DNA of 63,427 nucleotides, filler included, from Candidatus Hydrogenedentota bacterium (GCA_040752395.1; 16 parts of 16 records of this genome joined end to end with filler, not necessarily neighbours in it); one strand, 5' to 3'. Counted from the first letter of the whole stretch, positions 29,829-41,744 are shown. Numbers and translations: made by a program. Notes: generated by a model from the sequence alone, not told the origin.

Positions 29829-32186
29829 TCAATTTGTAGTTGCAGAACAAGTAGCTTGTGAGCTCTCATTAGGCTGATTTGTAGGTGGTGCGATATTATC
29901 ATCAAGCGCCGTTACAGCAAAATAATATGTCGTTTTCGCAGCAAGCCCTGTTACGGTATATGAACTTGAACTTGTCTGACCAAGAAACATCCATGGACCA
30001 CCAGTACCAGCAGATAAACTTCTGTAAACCTTATAACTCGAGGCTTCAGACGACGGGCTCCACGAGATGGTTACAGAGTTTGTTGTTGCATCTGATTGCT
30101 TTAATCCGCTTGGGGCAGACGGAGCAACCTGGTCCGAAGGAATATCAGAGGCTTCATTCGAATTTAATGACTCATTACCATTAAAGTCATAACTTCTTAG
30201 AATAAAATAGTATGGTGTCCCATTAATTAGATTCTTTATCTCATAAAGCGATTGGGTTGAAGAAAGATTTGCAATTAACGAATAAGGGCCACCAGAAGCC
30301 ATACTCTGATACAACCTTAACCCCGCTATATCCTGATTTGTAGTATTGAATCTCCACGTGAGTGTGATTGTACCACCAACTTTAGCATCAACAGCTGAAA
30401 CATCAGACGGCGCATCAGGTGCAGTGTTAACAACAGTGAGCGTAGTTGCACTCGAAACACTCGAACTATTACCAACAGCATCTGTTAATGTTAGACTCGA
30501 GACAGAATATATACCACCTGGTAAATCAGTCGGGATTGATAAAATTCCAGTATAACTGTTAACACCAGCTAAACTAAGCGTTGCTTGTAAAGTTCTACCT
30601 GTTGGACCTGTAAGCGCTATCTCCGTAGAATTTATTAAACCCGAAGCATCAGAAGCAACCACTGTTACAGTAACAGCAGAAACCTCGCCAACAGTAACTG
30701 ATGAAGGCGAAAAAGTTATAGATTGTAATGTTGGTCCGTCATTATCTACTGCACCACTTGGTGTCCTTACCTCCCGAGTTATATTACCTGCCCCATCTTT
30801 TGCCTCAAATGTAACATCACCACTTGTAGCCCAGTCAATCGTTGAACTGAACGAACCATTTGCATTAACCTCAAGCGGATAACCATTCGCAGTTACTATC
30901 GCACCTGCCTCCACAATACCTGATACTAATATCTTACCTGTAGCATTATCTACAAGGATCTGGGATATGGTAAGAGTTGGAGCTATAGAATCAAGTTCAA
31001 CCTGTATAGTCTTCTCTGAAATATTACCTGCTTTATCTGTAACAATAATCTGGATATTATTCATCCCTTCAACTAAAGAATGCTGATGATTAACAACGCC
31101 TGATGCGGTCTGTAATGATAAATCACCTATCTTTACAATAGAATTAGCCTCTGTATTCAGGGAGAGACTCAAAATAGACTGGTTTGTTATTGAAGGTATA
31201 ATGCTTATAATTTGAATATCAGGTTTAATTGTGTCTATTACAACTGGTATTTCTTGAGATTGAGTCTTATCTTCATTTGTAATGATAATCTTATTATCAC
31301 CTTCAGCAAGAGTTACAATTTCAGAGTATGACCCATCAGCGCCGCAGATTATAGAAATGTCGTTTATTATTATCTTTTGATTTGCTCCATAGATACCAGC
31401 AACTTTTACCTGGCTCGTAGCAAATATCGTCCCGCTCGCAGGCTCGGAAACCATAATTACATAATTTTCCTGTATAGTTTCATCAGTAGGTGTTGTCTCG
31501 ACTTCCGGGGTAACAGCTGTACCTGTATCAGTCGGGATTTGTGCTTCTTCTTTTGCTTTTTCTTCCTCTCCAACATTAGCATCAGGGTCCTCTGCTTTTT
31601 CTGGTGGTGTAACATCGCCTGTTGGCATTGAGAGGGATTGCTGAAATTGACCTACATTCACTTCCTGATTACTGAACACATTTCTTAAATTCACCTGACC
31701 ATCACGAACATAAAGCATTGTTGTACCATCTTTTTCTATATTCATTGTAAAATCAGTGCCTCTTACACCTGCAACAGAAGTTGGTGTAGCCACCTCAAAC
31801 ATTGATCCCTCGGTTGGTAGTGGCTGTACCTTTGCCCTCACATTACCAATCCACATTTTTAATTGTTTCTGTCTGTCACCCCCTTTTGTGTCTTTTAATA
31901 TTTTTATATCCATCATCGAGTTCTCTCTAACAAAAACCTCAGACCCGTCAGCAAATTCTAATCTTAATTTTGAGGCAAATTTTGTTCTTACTTTATCGCC
32001 TTCTTGTAATTCAATCCCATTTGTTAAAGACTCCCATTTTTCACTATCTTTTACTTTGTAATCAGCATCACCAACTAAATCAGTTACTTTAGCAGTATAT
32101 TTTTCTGCATAAATCGTTATAGGGTATATCAGAAAAACCCCTAATATTAAAACCATCAAAACCTTAAAAAAATCTCTGTATCTCAT
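29829..32186 (-). CDS. Secreted FecR-domain protein with Ig-like and fibronectin type III domains
   Basis: Signal peptide, L.EGD.V.T, TPTSVAGVRGTDF, DT..P Ig repeats, two FN3; start moved to ATG 32186. Confidence 0.85.
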   Translation of the reverse strand: MRYRDFFKVLMVLILGVFLIYPITIYAEKYTAKVTDLVGDADYKVKDSEKWESLTNGIELQEGDKVRTKFASKLRLEFADGSEVFVRENSMMDIKILKDTKGGDRQKQLKMWIGNVRAKVQPLPTEGSMFEVATPTSVAGVRGTDFTMNIEKDGTTMLYVRDGQVNLRNVFSNQEVNVGQFQQSLSMPTGDVTPPEKAEDPDANVGEEEKAKEEAQIPTDTGTAVTPEVETTPTDETIQENYVIMVSEPASGTIFATSQVKVAGIYGANQKIIINDISIICGADGSYSEIVTLAEGDNKIIITNEDKTQSQEIPVVIDTIKPDIQIISIIPSITNQSILSLSLNTEANSIVKIGDLSLQTASGVVNHQHSLVEGMNNIQIIVTDKAGNISEKTIQVELDSIAPTLTISQILVDNATGKILVSGIVEAGAIVTANGYPLEVNANGSFSSTIDWATSGDVTFEAKDGAGNITREVRTPSGAVDNDGPTLQSITFSPSSVTVGEVSAVTVTVVASDASGLINSTEIALTGPTGRTLQATLSLAGVNSYTGILSIPTDLPGGIYSVSSLTLTDAVGNSSSVSSATTLTVVNTAPDAPSDVSAVDAKVGGTITLTWRFNTTNQDIAGLRLYQSMASGGPYSLIANLSSTQSLYEIKNLINGTPYYFILRSYDFNGNESLNSNEASDIPSDQVAPSAPSGLKQSDATTNSVTISWSPSSEASSYKVYRSLSAGTGGPWMFLGQTSSSSYTVTGLAAKTTYYFAVTALDDNIAPPTNQPNESSQATCSATTN

Positions 32187-32196
32187 CGAGTAGATA

Positions 32197-32430
32197 CCTC
32201 CTCTGAAAAACATTGTAACTCTAATGATATCAAGTAGAAGCAAGAAGCAAGAAAACGTCTGAATCTCCTCTGAAAAACTTCGCAACCCTAATAATTTGGG
32301 CTACAGGCTACGGACTACAGCCGGCTGGAGCCCGAAGCCCGGAGCCTGAAGCCAACATATCATCTTTAGTTTTTCATGCTTTGTGTAGAGCACAAAAACC
32401 CAAGAACCCAATAGTGTAGAGCGCAAACCG
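32197..32430 (-). repeat. Composite modular element with two termini
   Basis: Terminus 32197-32228 plus variant 32264-32294 identical to 4579-4609. Confidence 0.9.
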
Positions 32431-32530
32431 NNNNNNNNNNNNNNNNNNNNNNNNNNNNNNNNNNNNNNNNNNNNTTAATTAATTAANNNNNNNNNNNNNN
32501 NNNNNNNNNNNNNNNNNNNNNNNNNNNNNN

Positions 32531-32710
32531 AGTCTTGAGTCTTGAGTCTCGAGTCCTGTTTTGACTCACGACTTGCGACTTGTGACTCACGACTCTTTTT
32601 ATATCATCTTTAGTTTTTCATACCTTGTGCCTCTGTGCCTCTGTGCCTCTTTCGTTATCTTTCTTTTCCGTTATCTTGCTTCTTGCTTCTTGCCTCTTGC
32701 TTCTAATATA
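32531..32710 (-). repeat. Composite modular element downstream of S8 protease
   Basis: Reverse complement of the GCAAGAA, GGCACA, hub and GAGTC modules. Confidence 0.9.
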
Positions 32711-34384
32711 TCACCAATTAATCACAGTAATCCGTCCTTGTGTCTTTCGGCCATCAAACACTACGCCGATTACATAAACACCCGGAACCACCCTGTCACC
32801 TTCTTCATTTAATCCATTCCATCTTGCCTCAACACTGCCATCAGAATCAAAATCACCAACCTCAGTTGAGTCATCAAGCCTTCTTACAAGTCTGCCTGAT
32901 GTTGTGAAAACATTAGCAATTATTGTTTTTGCGGCTTCAGTTGGTTCGATAACGCAATAACCTCCTTGTTGAACCCTGAAGGGGCTCGGATATGTAACAA
33001 CCTGATAATCTTTTCTTGTAGCAAACTGCGTCATCTTAATTGCCCCAACAAGATTCAATATGCCAGCGCCATAATATTCATCCCAGTATGCTGCACCTCT
33101 ATCAATTGCGGTCTCTTTCAAGATTCGCTCCACTTCGCTTCTTGTAAGCGATGGTTTTTCAGAGAGAAGTAACACAGCTGCCGCAGCTACCTGAGGTGCA
33201 GAAAAAGACGTACCATCCATCGTAGGATCATTTATTGCGTAACCGTTTATTTTTGTTGTAGTAATATCCTCCCCAAATGCTACTAAATCAATTGGCCAAC
33301 CATAATTAGAAAACGTTGAACGATAACCAGTCTTCCCAACTGACCCTACGCCAATAATATCAGCACTGTATTCAATCGGATAACAATCAACATTATCTAG
33401 ATCAGCATTATCATCCCCTGATGCACAAACAAGTATTAATCCAGAGTTTAATGCATATTGAATAGCTTCATTTTCAGCATCGGAATAAATATAGCCACCA
33501 TAACTGCAATTTATTACTTTTGCTCCCTGTTTTACCGCAAAATAAATTCCTGATAGCGACCCTAAAGTAGTTGGATTTGGCCCCATTTTTATAGGTAATA
33601 TTTTGCAATTATAAGCAATGCCCACGACACTCTGGATATGATTAGTATCATTTATTGATGCTCCAATAATTCCCGAAACCATAGTACCATGTTCTGTATT
33701 TTCGAGATCTTCTGGCCCAGTATCACTGTTTATCCATTTATCATCTGTATATATGTTTGGTGTTCCATTATCATTCAGTGTACCCTGATAAAAATCAAAA
33801 CCATCATATTCGTCAGTATAACCATCCCCATCGTTATCGACACCATCAATCGGATCAGCTATGTCTTTGTAAAAATTTTTTACAAGATCTTGGTGAGTTA
33901 GTTGAACACCTGAATCAAGAACAGCTATGATAACATCACTTCTACCACCGGGGTTATCCATCCGTCCCCATGCCTCAGGCGCATCTATATCGTTATCTGA
34001 TGCTTGATCTAAATAATATTGATCCACAAGGTTTGTATCAGTTGGATATATGGGATTAAAAAAATATTCTCCTACATAATCCGGATTAACCCAGTAGATT
34101 GCGGTATCGTTTTGGATAATTAATATAGCTGTATCGATCCCTGTATCACAAGCAAGCTGAACAATAGAAAACGGTAGCATATCATTATTCCCACCTTTAA
34201 ATATCCCACCGATCTTATTCAAAATTCTATCTCTTTCTTGGATATTATTCGGGTCAACAAACTTTATAAGCAGTCTATTTTTAACAACAGCCTGACCATT
34301 ATAAATCTCAGTATCAAACCCCATAACAGGTATTGCAAAAATAAGATACATACCAAAATAAACGAGCCCAAAAAATCTTTTCAT
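32711..34384 (-). CDS. Secreted S8 subtilisin-family serine peptidase with C-terminal FlgD-Ig-like domain
   Basis: VLDSG, EHGT, GTSFSAP triad; YPSPF..WNG.N..G..V.PGVY tail. Confidence 0.92.
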   Translation of the reverse strand: MKRFFGLVYFGMYLIFAIPVMGFDTEIYNGQAVVKNRLLIKFVDPNNIQERDRILNKIGGIFKGGNNDMLPFSIVQLACDTGIDTAILIIQNDTAIYWVNPDYVGEYFFNPIYPTDTNLVDQYYLDQASDNDIDAPEAWGRMDNPGGRSDVIIAVLDSGVQLTHQDLVKNFYKDIADPIDGVDNDGDGYTDEYDGFDFYQGTLNDNGTPNIYTDDKWINSDTGPEDLENTEHGTMVSGIIGASINDTNHIQSVVGIAYNCKILPIKMGPNPTTLGSLSGIYFAVKQGAKVINCSYGGYIYSDAENEAIQYALNSGLILVCASGDDNADLDNVDCYPIEYSADIIGVGSVGKTGYRSTFSNYGWPIDLVAFGEDITTTKINGYAINDPTMDGTSFSAPQVAAAAVLLLSEKPSLTRSEVERILKETAIDRGAAYWDEYYGAGILNLVGAIKMTQFATRKDYQVVTYPSPFRVQQGGYCVIEPTEAAKTIIANVFTTSGRLVRRLDDSTEVGDFDSDGSVEARWNGLNEEGDRVVPGVYVIGVVFDGRKTQGRITVINW

Positions 34385-34631
34385 TGTTTAGGTGTTAACT
34401 CCTTAACTTTTGTCTTCTATTGTAGTGCTCCCCGTTTCTCGAGACATTTTTTAGTAAATTTTCGGCACATTTTGACCTGACCAATCTAAAAACAATTCGT
34501 CCTGACATTATTCCGCCTGACATCCTGTCAGNNNNNNNNNNNNNNNNNNNNNNNNNNNNNNNNNNNNNNNNNNNNTTAATTAATTAANNNNNNNNNNNNN
34601 NNNNNNNNNNNNNNNNNNNNNNNNNNNNNNN

Positions 34632-34871
34632 GTAGAGGAGCCAAAAACACAGGTTACGCCAAAAGAACCGACACCTGCACCTTCTATACCTGCAACTACA
34701 GAGATACCTGACTGGACACCGGAGATGAATCTTCCACCAATGGCACCGCCGGCAGTACAAAATCAGGCAGTTTCAATAACTACAATAATCATAACAACAG
34801 CAGTAGTTCTGCTACTTGCGGTGGTAAGTTTCTATGTGGGTTGGACCGTAGGTCGTAAGTCCAGCACTTAA
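34632..34871 (+). CDS. 3' fragment: Pro-rich linker and C-terminal TM anchor
   Basis: Manual translation VEEPKTQV...VVSFYVGWTVGRKSST*. Confidence 0.6.
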   Translation, partial: VEEPKTQVTPKEPTPAPSIPATTEIPDWTPEMNLPPMAPPAVQNQAVSITTIIITTAVVLLLAVVSFYVGWTVGRKSST

Positions 34872-34879
34872 TAATTAAA

Positions 34880-35176
34880 GAAGGAGTACTCATGAGCGCG
34901 GTTTGCGCTCTACACTATTGGGTTCTTGGGTTATTGCGTTTTTGCGCTCTACACAAAGCATGAAAAACTAAAGATGATATGAAAAGAGTCGTGAGTCAAA
35001 ACAGGACTCGAGACTCAAGACTCAAGACTTTTCATAGGGAGCTCCAGCCGGCTGTAGTCCGTAGCCTCTAGCCTGTCCTGATACCTCTCACTTCTTCCGT
35101 TATCTTGCTTCTTGCCTCTTGCTTCTACTTGATATCATTTTGATATCATTAGAGTTACAAAATTTTTCAGAGGAGG
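34880..35176 (+). repeat. Composite modular element upstream of DUF4198 gene
   Basis: REP, 9-mers, hub, GAGTC, GGCT, TTCTTGC arm, terminus. Confidence 0.92.
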
Positions 35177-35184
35177 TAAAATCA

Positions 35185-36030
35185 ATGTGCAAAATTAAAA
35201 TTATAGGTGTAGCGTTGATTACTCTGATAATAATATCAGGGACGAGTAGTATGGTGTTACCACATTTTCAGTTGGTTTACACACCGGAATCAAATGTTGA
35301 GGGAACATCTGTTCCTTTCAAGCTAATATTCACACATCCGTTTGAAGCAGGGCATACTATGGATATAGGTAAAGACGAAGCTGGTAACATAAAAGGAATG
35401 AAAGAACTTTTCTTGATTCATAAAGGGGAAAGGACTGACCTGGTGGATAAACTGAAAGAGATTACATTTACCAGCCTTACTAATTCTGGTCGTGCCTATG
35501 ATCTTACACTTGATAACAAATGTGGTTACAAAGGTGGTGGAGATTTCGTTCTAATCGCTGTTCCTTATCCATATTACGAAGCCGCAGAAGATATCTACAT
35601 TCAGCAAGTCACAAAGGTAATGATTAACCGTAGTGGAATAGCTACTGATTGGAGTGAACGTTGTGCAGAAGGTTACCCGGAAATAATGCCATTAGTTATG
35701 CCTTATGATGTTTGGGTAGGTGGTATCTTCAGAGGAGTAGTCATTGATGGTAAAGGAAACCCTGTTGCGAATGCAGAGATAGAAGTCGAGTATATCAACT
35801 ACGAGATTGATATGAAGGCTAACAAGTTCACCGGTAAACCTAAAATATCTACAGAAGGTCATGGTACTGCTGTGATATTAGCTAATAAAGATGGCGAGTT
35901 TTCTTTTGTTCCAACAAAAGCAGGATACTGGGGATTTGCTGCTCTTGGTGCCGGTGGCAAAAAGGAATACGAGGGTAAAGAATTGTCAGAAGATGCGGTG
36001 CTCTGGATCGAAGCTGTGAAGACAGAATAA
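35185..36030 (+). CDS. DUF4198 periplasmic protein (Ni/Co uptake associated)
   Basis: Signal peptide then HFQ, FTHPFE, P.PYYE..ED.YI.Q, GYWGFAAL; start moved to ATG 35185. Confidence 0.8.
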   Translation: MCKIKIIGVALITLIIISGTSSMVLPHFQLVYTPESNVEGTSVPFKLIFTHPFEAGHTMDIGKDEAGNIKGMKELFLIHKGERTDLVDKLKEITFTSLTNSGRAYDLTLDNKCGYKGGGDFVLIAVPYPYYEAAEDIYIQQVTKVMINRSGIATDWSERCAEGYPEIMPLVMPYDVWVGGIFRGVVIDGKGNPVANAEIEVEYINYEIDMKANKFTGKPKISTEGHGTAVILANKDGEFSFVPTKAGYWGFAALGAGGKKEYEGKELSEDAVLWIEAVKTE

Positions 36031-36318
36031 TATCTACATCGAGATTGACTTCGCAAACTTCTGTTACCCAGAGGACGTTATCAACCCGTCCTGGATATGT
36101 CTCTTGCTTCGCGCTATTGAGATAGGTAATGCCTGTACCTTTAAATTTAACGCTCAAACAATTAGTTATAGCAAACGTGGTTTTTGCTATGTATTTTCCC
36201 TGCACAGCCACTTTTGCTGTTTTAATATAAAAGAGTTCGGGATAAAAGATATGCTCAAAGCAACTTTAATTATGGTCTGTCCCACTTTAGTAATTTGTAA
36301 ATTAAGAAGGAGATTTTT

Positions 36319-36554
36319 ATGAAAAAGAAGTTGTTATTAACATTTTTGGTCGTATCTTTTCTTTTAGTCAGTGGAAGTTTGTTTGCTGATATAGAAATAT
36401 CAGGACATATCGTAACAGTCTGGTCTGATGCCCAGCATGATGAGGTAATTAACGATCCAGGTGCTACAACTGCGGTACAGCTTAATATGGCAAGTGGTCC
36501 AATTTACGATGCCGCTAATCCATTATCCGACCCTACAGCAGGTAGAGGCACTGC
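36319..36554 (+). CDS. Secreted protein, 3'-partial
   Basis: AAGGAG SD and signal peptide. Confidence 0.7.
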
Positions 36555-36654
36555 NNNNNNNNNNNNNNNNNNNNNNNNNNNNNNNNNNNNNNNNNNNNTT
36601 AATTAATTAANNNNNNNNNNNNNNNNNNNNNNNNNNNNNNNNNNNNNNNNNNNN

Positions 36655-38167
36655 ATATCTCTATATTTTTTTTCATCTTGAAAAATTTGGTAATGATAGT
36701 TTGAATAAATATCTCCGTGAAATTGGTGGAGAAGATATTGATTTATGGTTTAAAAATGCTATTAGAGTGAATGCTGGAGAGATTGTGGGATATAGTGGAG
36801 AGAGCGGATCAGGACTGCCTCATCTTCATTTTGAATTAAGAACAGATTTCGATACAACTGTTAACCCGCTACAATTAATCAAGATACAGGATAAACAGAG
36901 TAATTTTATAGTTGAATCTCTGATAGTTTATCCAGTTGGTATTGGCTCACTTGCTTTCGGGAAGGCAGACCCTGTTGAGGTGCTGGTGTCACCAGATAGA
37001 CCACTGAGATATGCGGAGATTTTGTTTAAAGGTGAGATAGGCATGGGTGTGAAATGCAAGTTTCAAACCTCAAGAGGCGATAGTCTGAGCCCCTATGAAT
37101 GGGGAATAAAATTAGATGATACGAAGATTTTCAAGCAAAGATTTGATTATATAAGTTATTATGATAATACAAAATCTGCAAGAATTTATGATGCCACTAA
37201 ATCTACTTTCGGACCCACATTTTACTCGTTATATCTTTTTAATCGTGAGGCGAGGCCGGTAACCTTTAATTCCAACAACGAATGGAACGGCATAATTGAT
37301 GAAAGCTTTACTGAAAGTAGAATTTTTATTACAGATTATCTGGATAATACTTATGAGATCCACGTAAAATTTATCAATAATGAAAATATTGATTTTGATT
37401 TTAATAAGGATTACACTATCGAGGGATGGGATGATATTTTCCTTATAAAGAGTAAATATAAAGGCGAAAAAACGTATAAATGGATCGATGTTAAGGAATT
37501 AGAGAGCGGAGTACATAAGTTAGAAATAAATAATAAAAGATTAGACGAGGTCTATCTTGTAGTAATAGATGAAAAACAAAATGAGTTTTTTATTGATACT
37601 AATTTTTCTATAAAAGTACCGGGTGATTCAGTATTTAAAAAAACAGGAATTATAATTAACAGGGATAGAGCAAAGAAAGAGTTAGCTGGTATGATAGTTA
37701 AAGATTATGGTTATCAGACAAAACAGGTATATGATTTTAAAAAAGAGATAAAACTAAAAATCAAATATAAAGAGAAAAGAGGAGAGCATCTTTGTGTATT
37801 TTCATATGATTGGAAAAAGAAGAAGGCAGGATTTTATAAGGCGATTGAAAAAAATGCACAAGAAGTAGATGTGAGATATTTGAAATCGTTTGTAATAGCT
37901 GATGATATAAAGAAACCTTATATTGGAAAAGGATATTATAAAACAAAAGAGATATATTGTATCGAATCTTATGACAGAGAGAGCGGCATCGACGAAGATT
38001 CTATAATTGTTACAGCAGGGAAAATGAAGATACCGTCTGAATATGATTATGACCGTAACCTGATTTTATGTAATCTCAAAAACATAACTGATATTGACAG
38101 ACTCAATGTTTCATTAAAAGACAGAGCAGGTAACATTTTAAGAAAGAATGTAATGATAAAAAATTAA
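36655..38167 (+). CDS. M23-family metallopeptidase, 5'-partial
   Basis: GEIVGYSGESG..PHLHFELR..NPL. Confidence 0.8.
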
Positions 38168-38216
38168 TGTAGGTATTGACACAAATGAAGATTTAATCTT
38201 AAATATTTACAGATGC

Positions 38217-38295
38217 GGGGGTGTAGCGAAGACTGGTTTATCGCGTCGGCCTGTCAAGCCGAAGATCGCGGGTTCAAGTCCCGTCACTCCCGCCA
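38217..38295 (+). tRNA. tRNA-Asp(GTC)
   Basis: Acceptor GGGGGTG/CACTCCC, anticodon arm TCGGC-CTGTCAA-GCCGA, GGTTCAAGTCC, encoded CCA; TTGACA upstream. Confidence 0.95.
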
Positions 38296-38384
38296 TTAAT
38301 TTATATGAAACAATCTTTTTTGTAAAATAGAGTTGCATTTTTTTTAAAAGTGAATATACTTATTATTAAAGACTTATTTTTATT

Positions 38385-38544
38385 TTATCATAGGAGTTGT
38401 CATGAGCGCGGGTTGCGCTCTACACAACGTATGAAAAACTAAAGATGATATGTTGGCTTTGGGCTTTTGGCTCCAGCCGGCTGTAGTCCGTAGCCTGTAG
38501 CCTGTACCCCGAATTATTAGAGTTACAGCGTTTTTCAGAGGAGG
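38385..38544 (+). repeat. Composite modular element upstream of ATG 38549 (gene cut by linker)
   Basis: REP, hub, GGCT hairpin, terminus GAGGAGG-TTTT-ATG. Confidence 0.9.
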
Positions 38545-38852
38545 TTTTATGAACAAAGAAGACAACTCTATGANNNNNNNNNNNNNNNNNNNNNNNNNNN
38601 NNNNNNNNNNNNNNNNNTTAATTAATTAANNNNNNNNNNNNNNNNNNNNNNNNNNNNNNNNNNNNNNNNNNNNTTTCAAATATCGAAATAGTTACTTATG
38701 AAAAATTGAGAACAGAAAAAGAATCTAAAATGCCCTTATTAGTTGCAGAGAAAAAATCACATCATACTTCGTGGAAACATAAAAAAACCCATCTAGTAGA
38801 GAAAAGTTCAATATTTTAAAAAAAGATGGTAAAAAAGAGATGGAGGTTTACT

Positions 38853-40259
38853 ATGTTTCTAAATGGTAAACGAATAAATAAAAAAGATAATGTCAAGGTA
38901 TTAAATCCGTATAATAATCAAGTTATTGATGAGGTTGGTCTGGCTGATGAGAATGATTTACAGGTTGTGATAGACACTGCTAAAAAAGGGTTTAACATAT
39001 TAAAAGAAATGCCTGTAGGGAAAAGAGCCGAGATACTTGAACGAGCCTCCTTAATTATGCTTCAAAAAAAAGAAGAGTTCAGTAAAGTAATAGCACAGGA
39101 GGTAGGTAAAACAATTAACGAGGCAAGACTTGAGACTGAAAGAGCTGCGTTTACTCTGAAATTGTCTGCGATAGCTGGATTAAAATTAGGAGGTGAGACC
39201 GTCAGGTTTGATCTTTCGTCTGCTTCTAAAAAAATGGGGTTTTATTCAAGGGTGCCTCTTGGTATCGTGCTTGCTATCTCGCCCTTTAACTTCCCGCTCA
39301 ATCTTTCCTGCCATAAAATCGGGCCCGCTATCGCTGCTTCTAATGCCGTTGTCCATAAACCCGCTACCAAAACACCGCTTTGTGCCATGATGCTTGCTGA
39401 AACATTAATCGAAGCCGGGCTACCACCATTATGTATCTCTGTAATTGTAGGATATGGTAATACCATTGGCCTTAAACTCGTTAAATCTCCAGATATAAGA
39501 AAAATAAGTTTTACAGGGAGTTTAGAAGTTGGTGAAACTATTATGGCAAATTGCGGGATGAAAAAAGTTACGATGGAACTTGGTTCTAATTCAGCTGTTG
39601 TGGTTTTCAAAGATGCCATGTTAGATTATGCAGCTAAACGGATCCGAAAAGGTGGCTATACTCTCGCCGGTCAGGTCTGTATCTCTGTGCAGCGGGTCTA
39701 CGTTGAGGAAAGTATCGCGCGGGAATTCTTACAGCTACTTACAAACGAGGTTGGCCAGATAAAATATGGCGACCCTCTGTTAAATGAAACTGAAATGGGT
39801 CCGATGATCGATGAACCAGCTTTAAATAAAGCCTCTTTATTCTGTAAAAATGCCATAGAACATTCTGGAAAAATTGTTATCGGTGGGAAAAGAGATAATA
39901 ATATCTTTCTACCCACAATTATCGCTGATGTCAGTGAAGAATCTCTGGTCATTAAAGAAGAGGCATTTGCTCCGATTGTTGCTGTGAATAAATTTAAAAC
40001 AACTGATGAAGCTATACAAAAAGTAAATAGTTCAAAATACGGTCTTCAGGTAGGAGCATTTACTCGTGATATTTCAACAGCGCTAAAATGTGCTGAAAAA
40101 ATCGAAGCAGGTGGCGTCTTAATAAATGAGATACCCACTTTCAGGGTCGATAATATGCCGTATGGCGGCACAAAGGGTAGCGGGCTTGGCAGAGAAGGAC
40201 CAGAATTCACTATAAAAGAGATGACTGAAGAAAAACTCATCATCTTTGACCAGATTTAA
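38853..40259 (+). CDS. Aldehyde dehydrogenase family protein
   Basis: PFNFP, FTGS, MELG, GQVC, EEAFAP, MPYGG.K.SG.GREG. Confidence 0.93.
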   Translation: MFLNGKRINKKDNVKVLNPYNNQVIDEVGLADENDLQVVIDTAKKGFNILKEMPVGKRAEILERASLIMLQKKEEFSKVIAQEVGKTINEARLETERAAFTLKLSAIAGLKLGGETVRFDLSSASKKMGFYSRVPLGIVLAISPFNFPLNLSCHKIGPAIAASNAVVHKPATKTPLCAMMLAETLIEAGLPPLCISVIVGYGNTIGLKLVKSPDIRKISFTGSLEVGETIMANCGMKKVTMELGSNSAVVVFKDAMLDYAAKRIRKGGYTLAGQVCISVQRVYVEESIAREFLQLLTNEVGQIKYGDPLLNETEMGPMIDEPALNKASLFCKNAIEHSGKIVIGGKRDNNIFLPTIIADVSEESLVIKEEAFAPIVAVNKFKTTDEAIQKVNSSKYGLQVGAFTRDISTALKCAEKIEAGGVLINEIPTFRVDNMPYGGTKGSGLGREGPEFTIKEMTEEKLIIFDQI

Positions 40260-40280
40260 CCTCTCTCTTCTTAGTTATTA

Positions 40281-40511
40281 CTTTTTCATAGGAGTCGTCA
40301 TGAGCGCGGTTTGCGGTCTACACTATTGGGTTCTTGGGTTCTTGGGTTCTTGCGTTATTGGGTTATTGCGTTTTTGCGCTCTACACAATATATGAAAAAC
40401 TAAAGATGATATGTTGGCTTCAGGCTCCGGGCTTCGGGCTCCAGCCGGCTGTAGTCCGTAGGCCGTAGCCTGTACCCCGAATTATTAGAGTTACAGCGTT
40501 TTTCGAAGGAG
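40281..40511 (+). repeat. Composite modular element
   Basis: REP, long 9-mer array, hub, GGCT hairpin, terminus ending CGAAGGAG. Confidence 0.9.
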
Positions 40512-40872
40512 TCGTTAGATATTACTACTTTATGAATACGGCGAATCCCATAAGAAAGATAGCTGAAAGAACGCTTATATGTTTTATCANNNNNNNNNNN
40601 NNNNNNNNNNNNNNNNNNNNNNNNNNNNNNNNNTTAATTAATTAANNNNNNNNNNNNNNNNNNNNNNNNNNNNNNNNNNNNNNNNNNNNGCTTTTTTTGC
40701 TGTTATTTTTACCCCTACTTTATTTTAATATTTGATTAAATAACAGATAACATTCTTGATAATATTACAATTAACAAAAAAGATAGGTCAAAAAATGGTG
40801 ATTTTAGGGGTTAAAAATTTTGAACTTAGGCTAAAGTTGTCGGTTACAAACAAAATGAACTGCATAATATTC

Positions 40873-41600
40873 TCAACTATAATTAACAGGTTTTCTCTTA
40901 AATATATCCCGAAGGTATCTAAAACTAATCCACTCCATAAATACCATCTTAATAGCACCAATAAGTGTAAGTTTATATACGGAACATGCTTCACACGATT
41001 TCATCAATCCATTTTGTTCCTGATAGGATAATACTTCTTTAACATTTTTTTTCGATTCATAAATATAGTCATAATCTTCCATATTTCTAAACTGATGTTC
41101 GTTTTTAAATTTCTCGACTTGCTCGAGATGTATTTGTAATAATTCTTCAACATTATTAGTAGTTACCCTTCTCATTATCATGTGATCAGGGTAAATGAAA
41201 GATGAAGATAATCTAGAATTGTATGTTATAATAATAAGACCATCAATGAATGCGCTAAAAAATTCGATATATCCCTCCCAAAGTTTTCTGTCCATAAGAT
41301 AATACACTACCGCATTAGTATGTATTTCAGGATTTGCCATAAATTTTGTAAATACATTTTGCGAAGAGCTAAATTCATGTTTAAAATAAGATCTATGGTG
41401 AAATTTTAAAGAAGTTAATTTAGCATTTTGATCTGAAAAATAGATTTTGCATTGCTCTGGTATTTGATTTTCATCACATTCCTTAAAATAATATGATTAG
41501 TATATTGTTTTACAGTGAAATATGCAATTAGTATGCCTAAAAATAAAGGCACCAAGAGCCACAGCAGGGTTACTATTAGTATTATGAGAACATATATTAT
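40873..41600 (-). pseudogene. Frameshifted membrane-anchored hypothetical protein (putative cassette gene)
   Basis: AAGGAGG SD, TM frame IIYVLIILIVTLLWLL.., frame change near 41495 into the frame of ORF 40873..41340; no ATG after the SD. Confidence 0.5.
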
Positions 41601-41632
41601 AAGTGATTTACCTCCTTAAAACCGACAATTTC

Positions 41633-41720
41633 AGATAACGGTTTCAGCATAAAAGAAGTTTTTGCGAAGCAAAATTTGTGTGAGTGCCGTAAGGCACGAA
41701 CCTTTTATGCTATGTTAGGT
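41633..41720 (-). mobile_element. attC-like site
   Basis: Minus strand ACCTAAC-atAGCATAAAAG...CTTTTATGCT-gaaacc-GTTATCT, 24 nt after the protease stop. Confidence 0.72.
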
Positions 41721-41744
41721 GAAGTTGGGGATTATCACCATCCA

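Noticed and set aside
32187-32285. N-terminal extensions such as LLLDIIRVT.FFRGG on FecR, DUF4198, epimerase, galT and metW ORFs
   Set aside because: They read through the repeat; starts were moved to the ATG after the SD.
36031-36318. Riboswitch or ncRNA after the DUF4198 gene
   Set aside because: No recognisable cobalamin, NiCo or SAM consensus by eye; a covariance search would be needed.
36545-36554. GAGGCACTGC at a contig end as a third copy of the second repeat family
   Set aside because: Only 10 nt and in frame within a CDS; may be chance.
40690-40872. Third attC downstream of the frameshifted gene
   Set aside because: A GTTATCTG core is present near 40744 but no complementary arms could be found.
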